A stretch of DNA of 64,000 nt from IMG/VR virus record IMGVR_UViG_3300033066_001904, positions 22,763 to 86,762 of that record; one strand, given 5' to 3'. Shown one piece after another: positions 28,405 to 39,517 of this stretch. The notes under the pieces were generated by a model, which had not been told where the DNA came from, did no database searches, and saw only the letters and a program-made list of their open reading frames with translations. Every line of letters begins with the position of its first letter. Within the stretch, counting starts at the first letter, position 1. This DNA is from a virus (taxonomy: Duplodnaviria; Caudoviricetes). The position numbers and the translations under genes were made by a program.

Positions 28405-30402
28405 TTAATCATTTGTAGTTTTAGCTGCTAAATAGTAAGTATTTCCATCAATTACTACTGTAATAGTTCTATTAGGACTTGTAGGAGAAATACTATTAAC
28501 AGAATTAGCTGAAATTATTGATTCTCTTACAGAGCCGGATCTTACAAAATATAAATTAGTACCATCATATTCCATTGAACCACTTGTTGGGGTGGTTTGT
28601 AAAGCTCCCGACGTAAATTTAAGGGGAGAGCAGTTACTTCCTGTAGCTCCTCCTTTAATATGAAGATATGCTGTAGGAGCTGTAACTCCAACTCCTAAAT
28701 TACCTGTACTATTACCTGTAGGAGGAGTTGTTCCATTTCCTAATTGTCCATTATCTGTAAGAGTAGTTTGTCCTATTGACCTAACGAAAATTGAACCTGT
28801 TGATGGGGTTCCTGCTGATCCTAATGTTCTGTAAACAGCATATTGATAACTTCCTGTACAAACAGTCCAGCTTAAAGTAATTGTATTAGAACCAGCTAAA
28901 GTAGCATTACCATTAGGAACAGTAATTTCATTACTAGCGGCATATCCTCCATTGGCTAATTTAGCTACTATAACATACTTATAAGCAGTTGACCCAGTAA
29001 CACCATTAACTACATAACTAGCTGAGGGAACTTGAGTAGCAGCTAAAACTAATCCATTAGCATACATATCTCCTTTAAATTGAGCCATATATCCTACGTC
29101 TCCTGTTCCAGTATTAGTTTCACCCCAAACCTGATGTCCATGACTATACATAGTTGATCCTAATCCTGACGCATTAGTAAAAGTTAGGGTAGTTGTATTT
29201 GAAGATGCATATGATATAGCTGCTAATCTATTAACATTAGATGTAAATACTGTATTCCATCTGAAACCATTTGCTCCATTATTATAAGTATTATCCGTAA
29301 ATGGAACTATACTTCCTTTAGTTATCATAGCACTCCAAAATCCTGAGGCACCTGTAGGAGAATCAATATACAATCCACAATAACGAGGGTTAGTAGCTCC
29401 AGGACCAGCATTAAATGTAGGATTTAGAAATAGAGCGGGCATTATATCATTTGTGAATGAACCAGATCTACCAGTTATTGTAGGTGCTATATATGCTGCA
29501 CTTTGAGATGTATTAGTTTGAGTATATGAACCTGTTACTACTAATGCATTACTTGAACTCCACTCTAAACCAATTTGGACGTCTCCATCAAATCTATTAG
29601 AACCCCCATCTACCCACACAGCATAGTTATTTCCACCGCTTCCTGTTACTATTGGAGATGCACTAGAAGATTCTACATATAATGTTGCTGTATTTAATAA
29701 AAATGAGCTTGTTGTACCTAAAGTTACAGCTGTCATAGGTCTAACAGCTAAATTAGCACATAAAGATGATGTTCCAACACCTATTGTAAAAGAACTTGCT
29801 CCTACTAGTGTACTAGCTCCTATTATTCCATTTGTTAATTGAGCTGTTACACTTGTATTTGCTCCTAAAAGTAATCTGAACCATGTACCTAGACCTTGGA
29901 TATTACCTGCTGTTACTCCACTATTAGTAGCTCCACTACCTGCAGGAATATATAAATTTGATGTAGATGTTACAGTTTGAATAAGATTATGTTGAGTAGT
30001 CATATTAAAGGTCATAAATCCTGTACCCCCACTATCACTAGCTACAGTCCAAGAAAGACCTCCATTTACATCTGATTTAATATATGTACCCCTAACATCT
30101 CCTACTTGCCCAATATATAATGCGGCAGTAGTAGTAGCATTATCTGGTTGTATTACTCTTAAACAACTATTTAAAGTATTTGTTGAAACTCCTGTGTTTA
30201 TAAAGGTTGGACGAATATCTACTGCTCCGTTATAAGTTCCTGCTCTTTGAGAAATTATAGTTGGTTCAAATGAAAAAGCTCTATTAAATGTATATTGCCC
30301 TGATGATGGCACAACAGCACTATTATAGAAAGTAGGTTTAAATACCGATACTTCATTCGATTGATGTACTTGAGGACTTGATATACCAAATGATGATTGC
30401 AT
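28405..30402 (-). CDS. tail fibre / receptor-binding-like protein
   Basis: Gly/Ser/Thr-rich beta repeats, FN3-like segment, GNLGVGVTAPTAYLHIKG. Confidence 0.65.
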   Translation of the reverse strand: MQSSFGISSPQVHQSNEVSVFKPTFYNSAVVPSSGQYTFNRAFSFEPTIISQRAGTYNGAVDIRPTFINTGVSTNTLNSCLRVIQPDNATTTAALYIGQVGDVRGTYIKSDVNGGLSWTVASDSGGTGFMTFNMTTQHNLIQTVTSTSNLYIPAGSGATNSGVTAGNIQGLGTWFRLLLGANTSVTAQLTNGIIGASTLVGASSFTIGVGTSSLCANLAVRPMTAVTLGTTSSFLLNTATLYVESSSASPIVTGSGGNNYAVWVDGGSNRFDGDVQIGLEWSSSNALVVTGSYTQTNTSQSAAYIAPTITGRSGSFTNDIMPALFLNPTFNAGPGATNPRYCGLYIDSPTGASGFWSAMITKGSIVPFTDNTYNNGANGFRWNTVFTSNVNRLAAISYASSNTTTLTFTNASGLGSTMYSHGHQVWGETNTGTGDVGYMAQFKGDMYANGLVLAATQVPSASYVVNGVTGSTAYKYVIVAKLANGGYAASNEITVPNGNATLAGSNTITLSWTVCTGSYQYAVYRTLGSAGTPSTGSIFVRSIGQTTLTDNGQLGNGTTPPTGNSTGNLGVGVTAPTAYLHIKGGATGSNCSPLKFTSGALQTTPTSGSMEYDGTNLYFVRSGSVRESIISANSVNSISPTSPNRTITVVIDGNTYYLAAKTTND

Positions 30403-30824
30403 TAATAATGTCCTCCTCTAACTATTACATCTGTTTGATCAGGAAACCCGGCATATACTGACTGTCCAGCTGACATTGTTACATTAGCGGCTATATTTAA
30501 ACCATATGGTGTAAAATCCATTGTAGCTGTAGCACCTATAGTTGTTACAGTAGTACTAATACCTGTAATAGCAGTTTCCTTAAGTAATCTAAAATTTGAA
30601 CCAGTTGTATCACTTAAAAATACTCTCCATACCATAGAAGACATACTACCTGTTCCCGAGTTTGTAAATGTTATAAAATCTACTCTACTTCCGTTTGCTC
30701 CTGCTATAAAAATGGGAGTTAGTGAACCTGATGTATTATCTCTAATAGTTTGAATTGAACTAGTTATTCTAGCTCCTGTTGATACAACCGTTCCTACAAA
30801 AATGGGTGTTGTATTTGTTGCCAT
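30402..30824 (-). CDS. virion structural protein
   Basis: Thr-rich, coupled to fibre genes. Confidence 0.6.
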   Translation of the reverse strand: MATNTTPIFVGTVVSTGARITSSIQTIRDNTSGSLTPIFIAGANGSRVDFITFTNSGTGSMSSMVWRVFLSDTTGSNFRLLKETAITGISTTVTTIGATATMDFTPYGLNIAANVTMSAGQSVYAGFPDQTDVIVRGGHY

Positions 30825-30827
30825 ATA

Positions 30828-33161
30828 TTAATAAAAATTTAAATTTGTAAAGATTTTAGATGGTATGTAAATATTGTTAATTCTTGTATCAAACGATGCT
30901 GAACTACTTACATAACTACCACTAAATATTGCTAAAGATGCACTATCTGTAGTGATTCTTAAAGCGAATGATGCTGAATCCGTTATATAACTAGCCGTAA
31001 ATATGTTAAATGACGATGTAGTTACATATGATCCGGAAATAGCTTTAATTCTTGCATCAAACGATGAAGAATTTGTAACATAGCTAGCTGAAAAAGTTGC
31101 TAAAGATGCACTATCTGTAGTAATTCTTGATGCAAATGACGCACTATCATTTTGATAACTTGATGTAAATGCGTTGAATGATGACGTTGTAACAAATGAA
31201 CCTGTATTAATGCTACCACCAGACCCAGATATAGAATTTATTCTTGCATCAAATGAAGCAGAATCTCCATAATATGATTGAGTAAATGCATAGTAAGATG
31301 CTGATATTTGACTTATTTGTGAATTCCAAGAAGCACTATCAATCTTATAACTTGAAGTAAATAAATTAAAACTTGAAGTTATATTATTAATTCTATTATC
31401 AAACGATGCCGACGTTGTTATAAAACTTGATGAAAATGTTGTAAATGATTGGCTATCTGTAGTTATTCTAGCCGCAAACGAAGCACTATCATTTTGATAA
31501 CTTGATGTAAAGGTATTGAATGATGAAGTTATATTATTAATTCTTGCATCGAAAGAAGCAGATGTTACTATGAAACTTGATGAAAAATTAACATAAGATG
31601 ATGATACTAATATAAATGAAGAACTTAAATTAGATAAGTTTGATAAAAATGATGCGCTATCTATTTTATAGCTTGAAGTAAAAGCATTAAACGAAGAAGT
31701 AGTAACAAATGAACCTGTGTTAATTAAACTTCCTGCACTTCCATTAGAAGCACTTGTTACTCTACCTTTACTATCTACAGTTACCGTAGCATTTGTGTAA
31801 GTTCCAGGTACTACTCCAGAGCTTGTTAGTGTAGTATTTATAGTTCCTGTTCCTGATCCTAAAACATCTCCTTGTAATACAATATTTTGAACTTGATTCG
31901 AAGAAGTTGTACTTAATAAAACAATATTATCTAAATAAAATCCAGGGAATGCTCCTGTATTATTGCCTGTTCTTCTTATTCTTAATCCATTAGCATTACT
32001 AATATTTCCAAATGCAGATAAAGGTATAGATATACTTTGATAACTAGATGAATTACTTGATACAAATCCATAAGTATTAGGTGATAATACTACTGTATTA
32101 CCGGCGGATGCCGTTCCTGTTAAAAATAGAAAAGTTATGGTTTTACTAGCAACCCAAGTTGTTTTACTTTTTATTTGAAAATTTAAAATGTTATAATTAG
32201 AAATATTAGGAGATACACTAGATTTTAAATCAATAAAATCATTAGCTAATGAATTACTTGCTTCTATTGCAAATGTTCCTTGATAAGGACTTGTTGTTGA
32301 ATTTAAAAAGAATCTAGTAGGAGTAGTAGCTGAACCAGACCATTCTGTAGCAGGATTATTTTCTCTATATATACTTTGAGTAACAATTCCTGGTGAAGTA
32401 CTATTTGCTAGTACTAAAGCAAATGATATTTCTAGTTCGGTATCTGTGTCAATATCTGGTTTATCTGGTGTACTAGATGGAGAACCTGATACAATAATAG
32501 CCATACTTGCTGTCGTTAAAGCAAATACATCAATTCTATCTAAAGTTGGATCACTAGGAGCTAAAGTAAGATTAGTTGATGGACTACTATAATATGTGTT
32601 ATTAATATAATAAGTAGCTGCGCTAACATTATAATTATAATCACTTAACCATGTTACTATTCCCCCATTTACTAGTCCGTTTTGTATAGTATTAATTGAA
32701 TAACTAGGATGAAAATTCCTTAATCCTCCAGAAGCAGAATCATATGCAAATAAATCTCCGTTTTGTAAAGAAGAAGTATAAACATCCTGTAAGTCAAAAA
32801 ATTTAGTTGCAGAAGACGCTGATATGTTATTAATTCTAAAATCAAATGATGATGATGCTACATAATAACTTGAAGTAAAAGCACCAAATGATGATGTAGT
32901 AACAAATGAACCCGTATTAATAGCCGAACTAGAAATAGCATTTATTCGTTGATCAAAAGATGCTGAGTCTCCATAATAACTTGATGTAAAATTATTAAAA
33001 GAAGATGTTAAAGTATAAAAGGGAGCATATGAAGCTGTACCTGCATAAGATGCACTTATTATATTAGTGATTCCTGTTCCATCTCCTTGAAAAGAACCAC
33101 TAAATGATCCACTTAGTGAAAGTGGCTGACTTAACTGTTTACCTTTTAATAAATCACTCAT
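30828..33161 (-). CDS. tail fibre-like protein with SASFxxRI repeats and a carbohydrate-binding-like domain
   Basis: About a dozen ~18-aa repeats; GTYTNATVTVDSKGRVTSAS fibre motif; central domain ending FYLDNIVL. Confidence 0.65.
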   Translation of the reverse strand: MSDLLKGKQLSQPLSLSGSFSGSFQGDGTGITNIISASYAGTASYAPFYTLTSSFNNFTSSYYGDSASFDQRINAISSSAINTGSFVTTSSFGAFTSSYYVASSSFDFRINNISASSATKFFDLQDVYTSSLQNGDLFAYDSASGGLRNFHPSYSINTIQNGLVNGGIVTWLSDYNYNVSAATYYINNTYYSSPSTNLTLAPSDPTLDRIDVFALTTASMAIIVSGSPSSTPDKPDIDTDTELEISFALVLANSTSPGIVTQSIYRENNPATEWSGSATTPTRFFLNSTTSPYQGTFAIEASNSLANDFIDLKSSVSPNISNYNILNFQIKSKTTWVASKTITFLFLTGTASAGNTVVLSPNTYGFVSSNSSSYQSISIPLSAFGNISNANGLRIRRTGNNTGAFPGFYLDNIVLLSTTSSNQVQNIVLQGDVLGSGTGTINTTLTSSGVVPGTYTNATVTVDSKGRVTSASNGSAGSLINTGSFVTTSSFNAFTSSYKIDSASFLSNLSNLSSSFILVSSSYVNFSSSFIVTSASFDARINNITSSFNTFTSSYQNDSASFAARITTDSQSFTTFSSSFITTSASFDNRINNITSSFNLFTSSYKIDSASWNSQISQISASYYAFTQSYYGDSASFDARINSISGSGGSINTGSFVTTSSFNAFTSSYQNDSASFASRITTDSASLATFSASYVTNSSSFDARIKAISGSYVTTSSFNIFTASYITDSASFALRITTDSASLAIFSGSYVSSSASFDTRINNIYIPSKIFTNLNFY

Positions 33162-34429
33162 TATACTAATATATATTTACCTACACTAGTTATTTCATCA
33201 CTAGTATCAATTGAATATCCTAATGCTCCTGTATTAAACATTACTCGAACATCACTTCCTATTTCTTGAAAATCAGAAATATATTGGTTTTCTACAAATT
33301 GACCATTAATAAAGAATGTAAAATTATTAAGACTCGAACTAGGTAAACCTGATCCACTAGGTGGTTGTGATATGTTTACTCCATTAAAGTAAGCAGTGTC
33401 ACTACCAGATACATTACTAGTTACTACAGGAATTGAATTGTTTAAGTATTGTAAACTTGAAGCCCATACTCCACTTCCACTATAATAATTTGTTATATTA
33501 TATGTATTATTTATATTAAGGCCATCTCCAATAAATGAAGTATTTTTAATAGTATTTCCTGTAGATAACTGAGAAGAAGCAACGTATGTTGTTTCAGCGT
33601 CACCTACACTCTCTAATCCAAAAACAACTTGAGATGTAGAATAATACATACTTTTACCAGCAATTTCTTTATTAACACTATCTGGGATAATATAACCATT
33701 AACTGTTAAATTAAAATTAGTTCTAACTGTTCTGTCTGATCCTTGTTCAATAATATTTGTAACTGAAAAATTGTCTATTTTTGATTTAAAATGAAAACGT
33801 TTAAAATCTCCCCAATAAGAATCTGATGCAAATTCTATGGATTCTATTAATTTATTATTTTGTTCTATGAAATCTGTAAAAACAATACAATTATATGATA
33901 TAGTAACGTAATCAGGTACTACACTAACATAAAATTGTTTATTGGGAACTCTATTATTTAATAAAGAAAATTTATCGTATTGATTTTTTGCGTTATAACG
34001 TGTTTCAAAAACTTGAAATAAATGACTTTTATTACCGTCTAATTTGTTACCTAAATTTCTATTTTTTTCAATAGAATCTCTTTTAAACATAATTAGAGGA
34101 GCCATTAATTTACCATTTTTATCCCTATAAAATCCATCATTTTGTACAGATTTCCAACGTTCAGGAGATCCATATATTATAGGTACATTAATTAAAGTAT
34201 TATTTTGAACAACTTGTGGTTTTATCGTATTTTCAAAATAAAACATAATAGCCTTATCTATATCCTCTAAACTAATTGATATATCTTGAATATTATCATT
34301 TTTTCTTGAAATATCTCTACCCCTATTGTCACTTATAGGAGGTTTTCCAACAGCCTTTTCATAAGGGACAAAATTTTCTTGTTGTACTTCAACAATGGTT
34401 TTAGGAATAGGTTTTAGTTTACGTGGCAT
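33161..34429 (-). CDS. tail terminator / sheath stabiliser (gp15-like) with C-terminal extension
   Basis: VPIIYGSPERW, APLIMFKR, VPDYVTISY. Confidence 0.7.
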   Translation of the reverse strand: MPRKLKPIPKTIVEVQQENFVPYEKAVGKPPISDNRGRDISRKNDNIQDISISLEDIDKAIMFYFENTIKPQVVQNNTLINVPIIYGSPERWKSVQNDGFYRDKNGKLMAPLIMFKRDSIEKNRNLGNKLDGNKSHLFQVFETRYNAKNQYDKFSLLNNRVPNKQFYVSVVPDYVTISYNCIVFTDFIEQNNKLIESIEFASDSYWGDFKRFHFKSKIDNFSVTNIIEQGSDRTVRTNFNLTVNGYIIPDSVNKEIAGKSMYYSTSQVVFGLESVGDAETTYVASSQLSTGNTIKNTSFIGDGLNINNTYNITNYYSGSGVWASSLQYLNNSIPVVTSNVSGSDTAYFNGVNISQPPSGSGLPSSSLNNFTFFINGQFVENQYISDFQEIGSDVRVMFNTGALGYSIDTSDEITSVGKYILV

Positions 34430-34779
34430 TATTTAAGATTTTGTTGACGTAATTTAACGTATTTATCTAAAGTATCTAAATCAGCTTTAGCTAAAGATAA
34501 TAATTTCATTATAGTTCCAGCTGTTTGTTTAATATTTTCATCATCGTGGAACATTTTATATGGAGCTAGTTCTGTTCTCATTTTAGACAATTGAGATTTC
34601 ATTCTACCAAAATTAGCTAAATTTTCAACTTTTTGAAATTCAGCTCCGGTACGGGGATCAGTCTCATTTGAACCTAATCTAAAGCCCTTGTCAATTAATT
34701 CCTGTTCGGAATCTTTTGCTTTGTATCCACGAGGCATTTGAGTATATACTTCTCTTACTATTTGTATTAATGTTTTCAT
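34429..34779 (-). CDS. hypothetical protein with tag-like N-terminus
   Basis: Starts MKTLIQIVRE. Confidence 0.6.
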   Translation of the reverse strand: MKTLIQIVREVYTQMPRGYKAKDSEQELIDKGFRLGSNETDPRTGAEFQKVENLANFGRMKSQLSKMRTELAPYKMFHDDENIKQTAGTIMKLLSLAKADLDTLDKYVKLRQQNLK

Positions 34780-35381
34780 TATATTTCTATTGTTTTAATA
34801 ATCTCTACATTTTGTTCAGGAATAACATATAAATATTCGTCTGACCCGTATGTATGTTTTTCTTTCTCTAATTTCATTAAAGGAAAATATTGTGATTTTT
34901 TTAATCTTTTTACATTAAATTCATCAAACCATTCATAATATATTTTATTTTTTTCATCATAATGAAAATAAAATTCATTATCTATTTGAATTACGTTTTC
35001 AGATTCCCACACACTAAGAATTTCTTTTGGATATAATACAGCTCTAATTTTATTAGGTATATTTACACCAATTTCATCTAATTTACCAACAATTTGAATT
35101 TGAGATTTAGGAATAATTAATAATATTCTATTACCATCCTGATATTTTTTAAACCATTTTTTTAAAATATTACTATCACCCTCATACTGATCATAAGTAT
35201 AATAATATCCTGGAATACAGTGGGCAGATATTGGTGTATTTCCATCAAAGCACAGAATATCAGTATCTTCGCCATAATCTTTTATAAGTATTGTACCGAG
35301 TAATTCATTACTTTCATATGCTTTTAACTTATGAGGATCGTTAATACCTATTTCACGTAATATATTTTTAAAAGTTATCAT
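34779..35381 (-). CDS. two-module EIGxNxP-tagged protein
   Basis: MITFKNILREIGINDP plus internal KLDEIGVNIP. Confidence 0.7.
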   Translation of the reverse strand: MITFKNILREIGINDPHKLKAYESNELLGTILIKDYGEDTDILCFDGNTPISAHCIPGYYYTYDQYEGDSNILKKWFKKYQDGNRILLIIPKSQIQIVGKLDEIGVNIPNKIRAVLYPKEILSVWESENVIQIDNEFYFHYDEKNKIYYEWFDEFNVKRLKKSQYFPLMKLEKEKHTYGSDEYLYVIPEQNVEIIKTIEI

Positions 35382-35917
35382 ATTCTTTGTATAGATAATC
35401 CTAGTTTTTCTGGTCTCATATAATGTGCTTCACAAATTATTGATAAAGAATTTCCAAAATTATCATTATTTTCTGAATAAGAATATTCTGGTACTTTACC
35501 AAAAATAAATTGATTTTCAATTACTCGGTCAACTTCATAATAATTTTCATTCCAAACAATCACATCTCCCATTTCAGGAACAACGTTATATGTAAACCCT
35601 TTTCCATCAGGTGATAATTCCACACTTAGTGAATTACCCGCTAAATCATCGCGTAAAAAGCGAAAATTAACGTTTTGAATAATGTCAGGACCTAAGTCAT
35701 CAGAAGTCACATTTGGATCAGGTCTATCAATTAAACAATTGATTAAAACAGGATCTGCGTATGTTTTTGTGCCACTTGCTTCACCATATACATTAGATGT
35801 TGTCTTATCTAAAATTATTTTATAATATCCAACTTTTTGTTCAATAATATTATTTAATAATTCTCGATTAATATGTCTAATTAATGAAATATCTCTTTGA
35901 TCTCCCCACAAACTCAT
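35378..35917 (-). CDS. neck / head-closure protein (gp14-like)
   Basis: NVYGEA, FRFLRDDL, PEMGDVIVWNENYYEVD. Confidence 0.75.
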   Translation of the reverse strand: MSLWGDQRDISLIRHINRELLNNIIEQKVGYYKIILDKTTSNVYGEASGTKTYADPVLINCLIDRPDPNVTSDDLGPDIIQNVNFRFLRDDLAGNSLSVELSPDGKGFTYNVVPEMGDVIVWNENYYEVDRVIENQFIFGKVPEYSYSENNDNFGNSLSIICEAHYMRPEKLGLSIQRI

Positions 35918-35923
35918 AATTTA

Positions 35924-36283
35924 TTATTTTATATTGTGTAATATTATTAAAGCATTATTATACCCTAATCCAAGAGTAATGCAATATTTATAAAGATATG
36001 GTAAATCAAATGCATCCTCAGCACTATCCTCTACTTCAAAGACATAAATATCTTTTATAGTAAAATTATCATAATATAATTTAGCATATTTATCATTTTC
36101 ACTAGGATTTTCTATACTATCTCCTAAATCCTTCATGTAATATTTATAATTATCATAAAGATATAAATTCTGAATTAAAGCATACCCATCTTGGTCAGAA
36201 GTTGTAATATAATCTAAAATTTCCTTTTTAGTTATTGGTTTATTTATACCAATTTCAGGTAATATGTTTTCAAATTTAATCAA
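35924..36283 (-). CDS. EIGxNxP-tagged protein
   Basis: Starts MIKFENILPEIGINKP. Confidence 0.7.
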   Translation of the reverse strand: MIKFENILPEIGINKPITKKEILDYITTSDQDGYALIQNLYLYDNYKYYMKDLGDSIENPSENDKYAKLYYDNFTIKDIYVFEVEDSAEDAFDLPYLYKYCITLGLGYNNALIILHNIK

Positions 36284-36611
36284 CTTCTATCTTTAATGTG
36301 TTTTTGGGAATTCTAATCCAACTATATTCATCACTATCATCATCATCAACTATTTTATATTTTATATTATGTTTTTTTACAATATTAATAAAATCATTAA
36401 TATCTTTTTGATAATTTTCATCACTTTTCTCAAATTCTATACTAACTGTATCTGGATTATAATCCTCATTCCACATTCCCGCATATGATTTATCCCCATA
36501 TGTTATTAAATATTGTTCTGAACCATCTCCTGCAAAGTCAACAATTGCATTAAAAATTTTATTTGGATTATTAATACCTATTTCACATAATATTTGTTTA
36601 AATGTTATCAT
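36276..36611 (-). CDS. EIGxNxP-tagged protein
   Basis: Starts MITFKQILCEIGINNP. Confidence 0.7.
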   Translation of the reverse strand: MITFKQILCEIGINNPNKIFNAIVDFAGDGSEQYLITYGDKSYAGMWNEDYNPDTVSIEFEKSDENYQKDINDFINIVKKHNIKYKIVDDDDSDEYSWIRIPKNTLKIEVD

Positions 36612-36928
36612 TACATTTCCTTCTTTAAAATAGTTTTATATCTTGGCATAAATTGCATTAATCCTTTAATAGGAATTGCTTTCTTTTTTATCAAGTCTAT
36701 CTCTTCTCGGGGAGTTGAACTTACAACATATTTTACGTGTAATAAAGCAAATTCCCATTGAGGTGTTTTTTTAGTGTCTAAAAATGAATTTTGTTCTACT
36801 TTTACAACTACAACACCTTCTATTGCTCTTAATAAATTATATATTTCTACCTTATTAAAACGAGTATCTGTTTTAATTAAAACTTCACATTCAAATAGGT
36901 TTAATGCTTCTTTTAATATACTAATCAT
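36611..36928 (-). CDS. hypothetical protein with tag-like N-terminus
   Basis: Starts MISILKE. Confidence 0.6.
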   Translation of the reverse strand: MISILKEALNLFECEVLIKTDTRFNKVEIYNLLRAIEGVVVVKVEQNSFLDTKKTPQWEFALLHVKYVVSSTPREEIDLIKKKAIPIKGLMQFMPRYKTILKKEM

Positions 36929-37629
36929 TTATATTTCCATTTAAAATTTTTAGCAGATTGTATTCTTCCTTTAAGAACTTGACAAAGATGACCATTATCT
37001 ATCCCTAAACACATTGAAGCTTTTTTAGCACTTTCCCATTCACATATAAAATTTCCATTTAAATCATATTGTAAAATAGGTTTTTTAATCCAAACATGAT
37101 TTTTAAGTTTAAAAGGATTTTCCTTTTTGATTTTAGAAATTTTTTCTTTTGTTATATGATATTTTTTACCTTTTTTAGCTTGAGATATTTTTTCTTTTTG
37201 TTCTTTGGTAAATTTATATCCTAACGCATACTTATTTCCTATTTTTGATTGACCTATTTTTTGTTTTCTTTCTTCAGAAAATTTTTTACCTTTATTAGCT
37301 TTAGATATTTTTTGTTTTGTTTCTTCACTTTTAGGACCACTTCCTCTATCATATATTTCTGTAAATAAAATATTACTTTTATTTACTTTTTCTAAAAAAA
37401 ATTTTTTCCAATATATTTCTTTTTCATTTAATTCTTCTTTTGAACATTTTTCTAAAATTTCAAATTGGTGATTTTTAGGGCCATGATTTTTTAAAGAATT
37501 ATATAATTTTGGACCTATACTAGTTTTATGTAATTTTATATAATTATTCCATCTACTTTCAATATTAATAGATTGTCCTATATAAACTTTTTCTGAAGGT
37601 GACGTTATTTTATAAATTCCTATACTCAT
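36925..37629 (-). CDS. GIY-YIG homing endonuclease with NUMOD3/NUMOD1 domains
   Basis: GIYKITSPSEKVYIGQS, ETKQKISKANKG repeats, ILQYDLNG...WESAKKAS. Confidence 0.92.
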   Translation of the reverse strand: MSIGIYKITSPSEKVYIGQSINIESRWNNYIKLHKTSIGPKLYNSLKNHGPKNHQFEILEKCSKEELNEKEIYWKKFFLEKVNKSNILFTEIYDRGSGPKSEETKQKISKANKGKKFSEERKQKIGQSKIGNKYALGYKFTKEQKEKISQAKKGKKYHITKEKISKIKKENPFKLKNHVWIKKPILQYDLNGNFICEWESAKKASMCLGIDNGHLCQVLKGRIQSAKNFKWKYK

Positions 37630-37654
37630 AATAATAAATATTTATAATTTTAAT

Positions 37655-38803
37655 CTAAAACACATAAATAGGAAGAGGAATTTGAGAAATAATCTGCTGA
37701 ACTGACTGTGCTTCAGAAACTTGATTTTCAAGTTGTGTTTTTCTAGACACCATATCTAATGTTGCTCTAAGTTGTTCAAGTAACTTAGCTTTTTCATCAC
37801 GAGCATCAGTTAATAAATCTTGTTGATTTAAAGAAACTTCAGCGCCAGGAATTGGGGTTGTTTGATATTTACCCCTTACATAAGCTAACATTTCCTTAAC
37901 CAACGCTAAAGCATATTGTCTAATCCATTGTTTACCAATTGCATTAAGTTGAGAAAATACTGGGTTTTCATATGGTACATTTCCTATATTTGTTATAAGA
38001 TCTGTACGTCCATTACTTGAAGCTACTACACTATTTCTTTCATCAATTAAAATGTAGTGAAATAACAACATTTTATCAATTTCTGGAATTGGAAATATTC
38101 TTAATTTATTATTGTGGATGTCAAATGAGAAAGCTGATTTACGAATTTGGTCATTTAGTTCGATGGATTGAATTTTTTGGACGTCAAAATATATAGGCAT
38201 TAGTAAAAAGTTAATGCCTGGTGAAAATTGCCCAAATCCAAATGATTCTAATAATGATTGAATTCCGGTTCCTGTACCTGCGTATGGATCAAAATATCTA
38301 ACAATAGCAGGTGGTTCTTCATAAAAAACTCTTTTAATTTCTGCTGACCCTGTTATTCCTTTTGCAGCTAATATAGCGTTCAAGTCATAATCTTGAACAG
38401 ATGCTGTTAGAGCAAAAGAACAAGTATAATAGTTTGTATAACCACCAGCACCGGCTTCTGAAGCATAAGTTTCAGATATTCTTATAACTGACCCTAAATT
38501 TGGAGTTACTAGTTGATTATTAAATGAAGAGCCTGTAGAATTACCTTCCATTGAAAGATAATTTTCTCTTACTTTATATTGATAAATTTCGTTACCATAA
38601 GTAGTAACAGCTTCTTCTAGAGCAGCATAAAAATTTATGTCTTGTAGTTCAATATTGACAATAGGGTACCCTAAACGCTCTGCAGCCCAGCGCGCAAATT
38701 GAGGTCCCTCTATTTGATATGAACTATCATTATCATAAAATCCAAAAGGTGTAGATCCTGATATAGGACCTGCACTACCCGACCATATTGGTATATTAGC
38801 CAT
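37655..38803 (-). CDS. neck protein (gp13-like head-tail adaptor)
   Basis: RLGYPIVNIELQD, WIRQYALALVKEML..VRGKY..IP. Confidence 0.8.
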   Translation of the reverse strand: MANIPIWSGSAGPISGSTPFGFYDNDSSYQIEGPQFARWAAERLGYPIVNIELQDINFYAALEEAVTTYGNEIYQYKVRENYLSMEGNSTGSSFNNQLVTPNLGSVIRISETYASEAGAGGYTNYYTCSFALTASVQDYDLNAILAAKGITGSAEIKRVFYEEPPAIVRYFDPYAGTGTGIQSLLESFGFGQFSPGINFLLMPIYFDVQKIQSIELNDQIRKSAFSFDIHNNKLRIFPIPEIDKMLLFHYILIDERNSVVASSNGRTDLITNIGNVPYENPVFSQLNAIGKQWIRQYALALVKEMLAYVRGKYQTTPIPGAEVSLNQQDLLTDARDEKAKLLEQLRATLDMVSRKTQLENQVSEAQSVQQIISQIPLPIYVF

Positions 38804-38828
38804 TAATTAACAGTATTTCGTATAAATA

Positions 38829-39500
38829 TTAAGAATCTCTATGATCTGAATATATATTTAAAATGTGTTCCACAATAGGATCTCTGTGATTTGTTTTAAG
38901 AGTTACAACTCCAAATCCTTCAACAGATGTTAAATTATTACATATGAAATTAAAACCAGACATTTTTCTATCTTTAAGATCAATTTGGGCTGTATCTCCA
39001 CAAATTATCATTCGAGATCCAGAGCATATTCTTCCTAGTAATAATTCCATTTGTCGATGAGTTATATTTTGACCTTCATCAACAACTACGCAACAATTAG
39101 ATAAATTTCTTCCACGCATGAATGCTAAAGGAATAACTTCTATATTACCATCCACAATTTCTTTATCAATTTTTTCTTTATTGTAGAGACGGTACATATT
39201 ATCGTATATTGCAGCCACATAAGGTGCTAATTTATCGTCTTTAGTACCTGGTAGATATCCTATTTCTTCACCAGATGTTACTGCTGGTCTTGTTAAAATT
39301 ATTTTTTCCACTTCACCTTTAAATAGTAAATCAAGAGCAACTTGGGCTGCAACCATAGATTTACCTGATCCTGCTGATCCTTTTAAAACTGTTATTTTAT
39401 TTTGGAAAATTACTGACTTAGCTTGTTTTTGTTCGTCATTAAGTTGTATTTGAAACCTAATTGGATTTTTCGGAGTGCGCTTATTTTTTTGCTCTTCCAT
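38829..39500 (-). CDS. phoH: PhoH-family ATPase
   Basis: GSAGSGKS, ILTRP, GYLPG, AFMRGR, VDEGQN, GDTAQID, NHRDP. Confidence 0.93.
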   Translation of the reverse strand: MEEQKNKRTPKNPIRFQIQLNDEQKQAKSVIFQNKITVLKGSAGSGKSMVAAQVALDLLFKGEVEKIILTRPAVTSGEEIGYLPGTKDDKLAPYVAAIYDNMYRLYNKEKIDKEIVDGNIEVIPLAFMRGRNLSNCCVVVDEGQNITHRQMELLLGRICSGSRMIICGDTAQIDLKDRKMSGFNFICNNLTSVEGFGVVTLKTNHRDPIVEHILNIYSDHRDS

Positions 39501-39517
39501 GTTTGTGGGGTTTTTAT

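Noticed and set aside
30828-33161. Repeated D-S-A as Bacteroidota O-glycosylation sequons
   Set aside because: That system acts on exported proteins; this protein has no signal peptide and the motif is explained by the structural repeat
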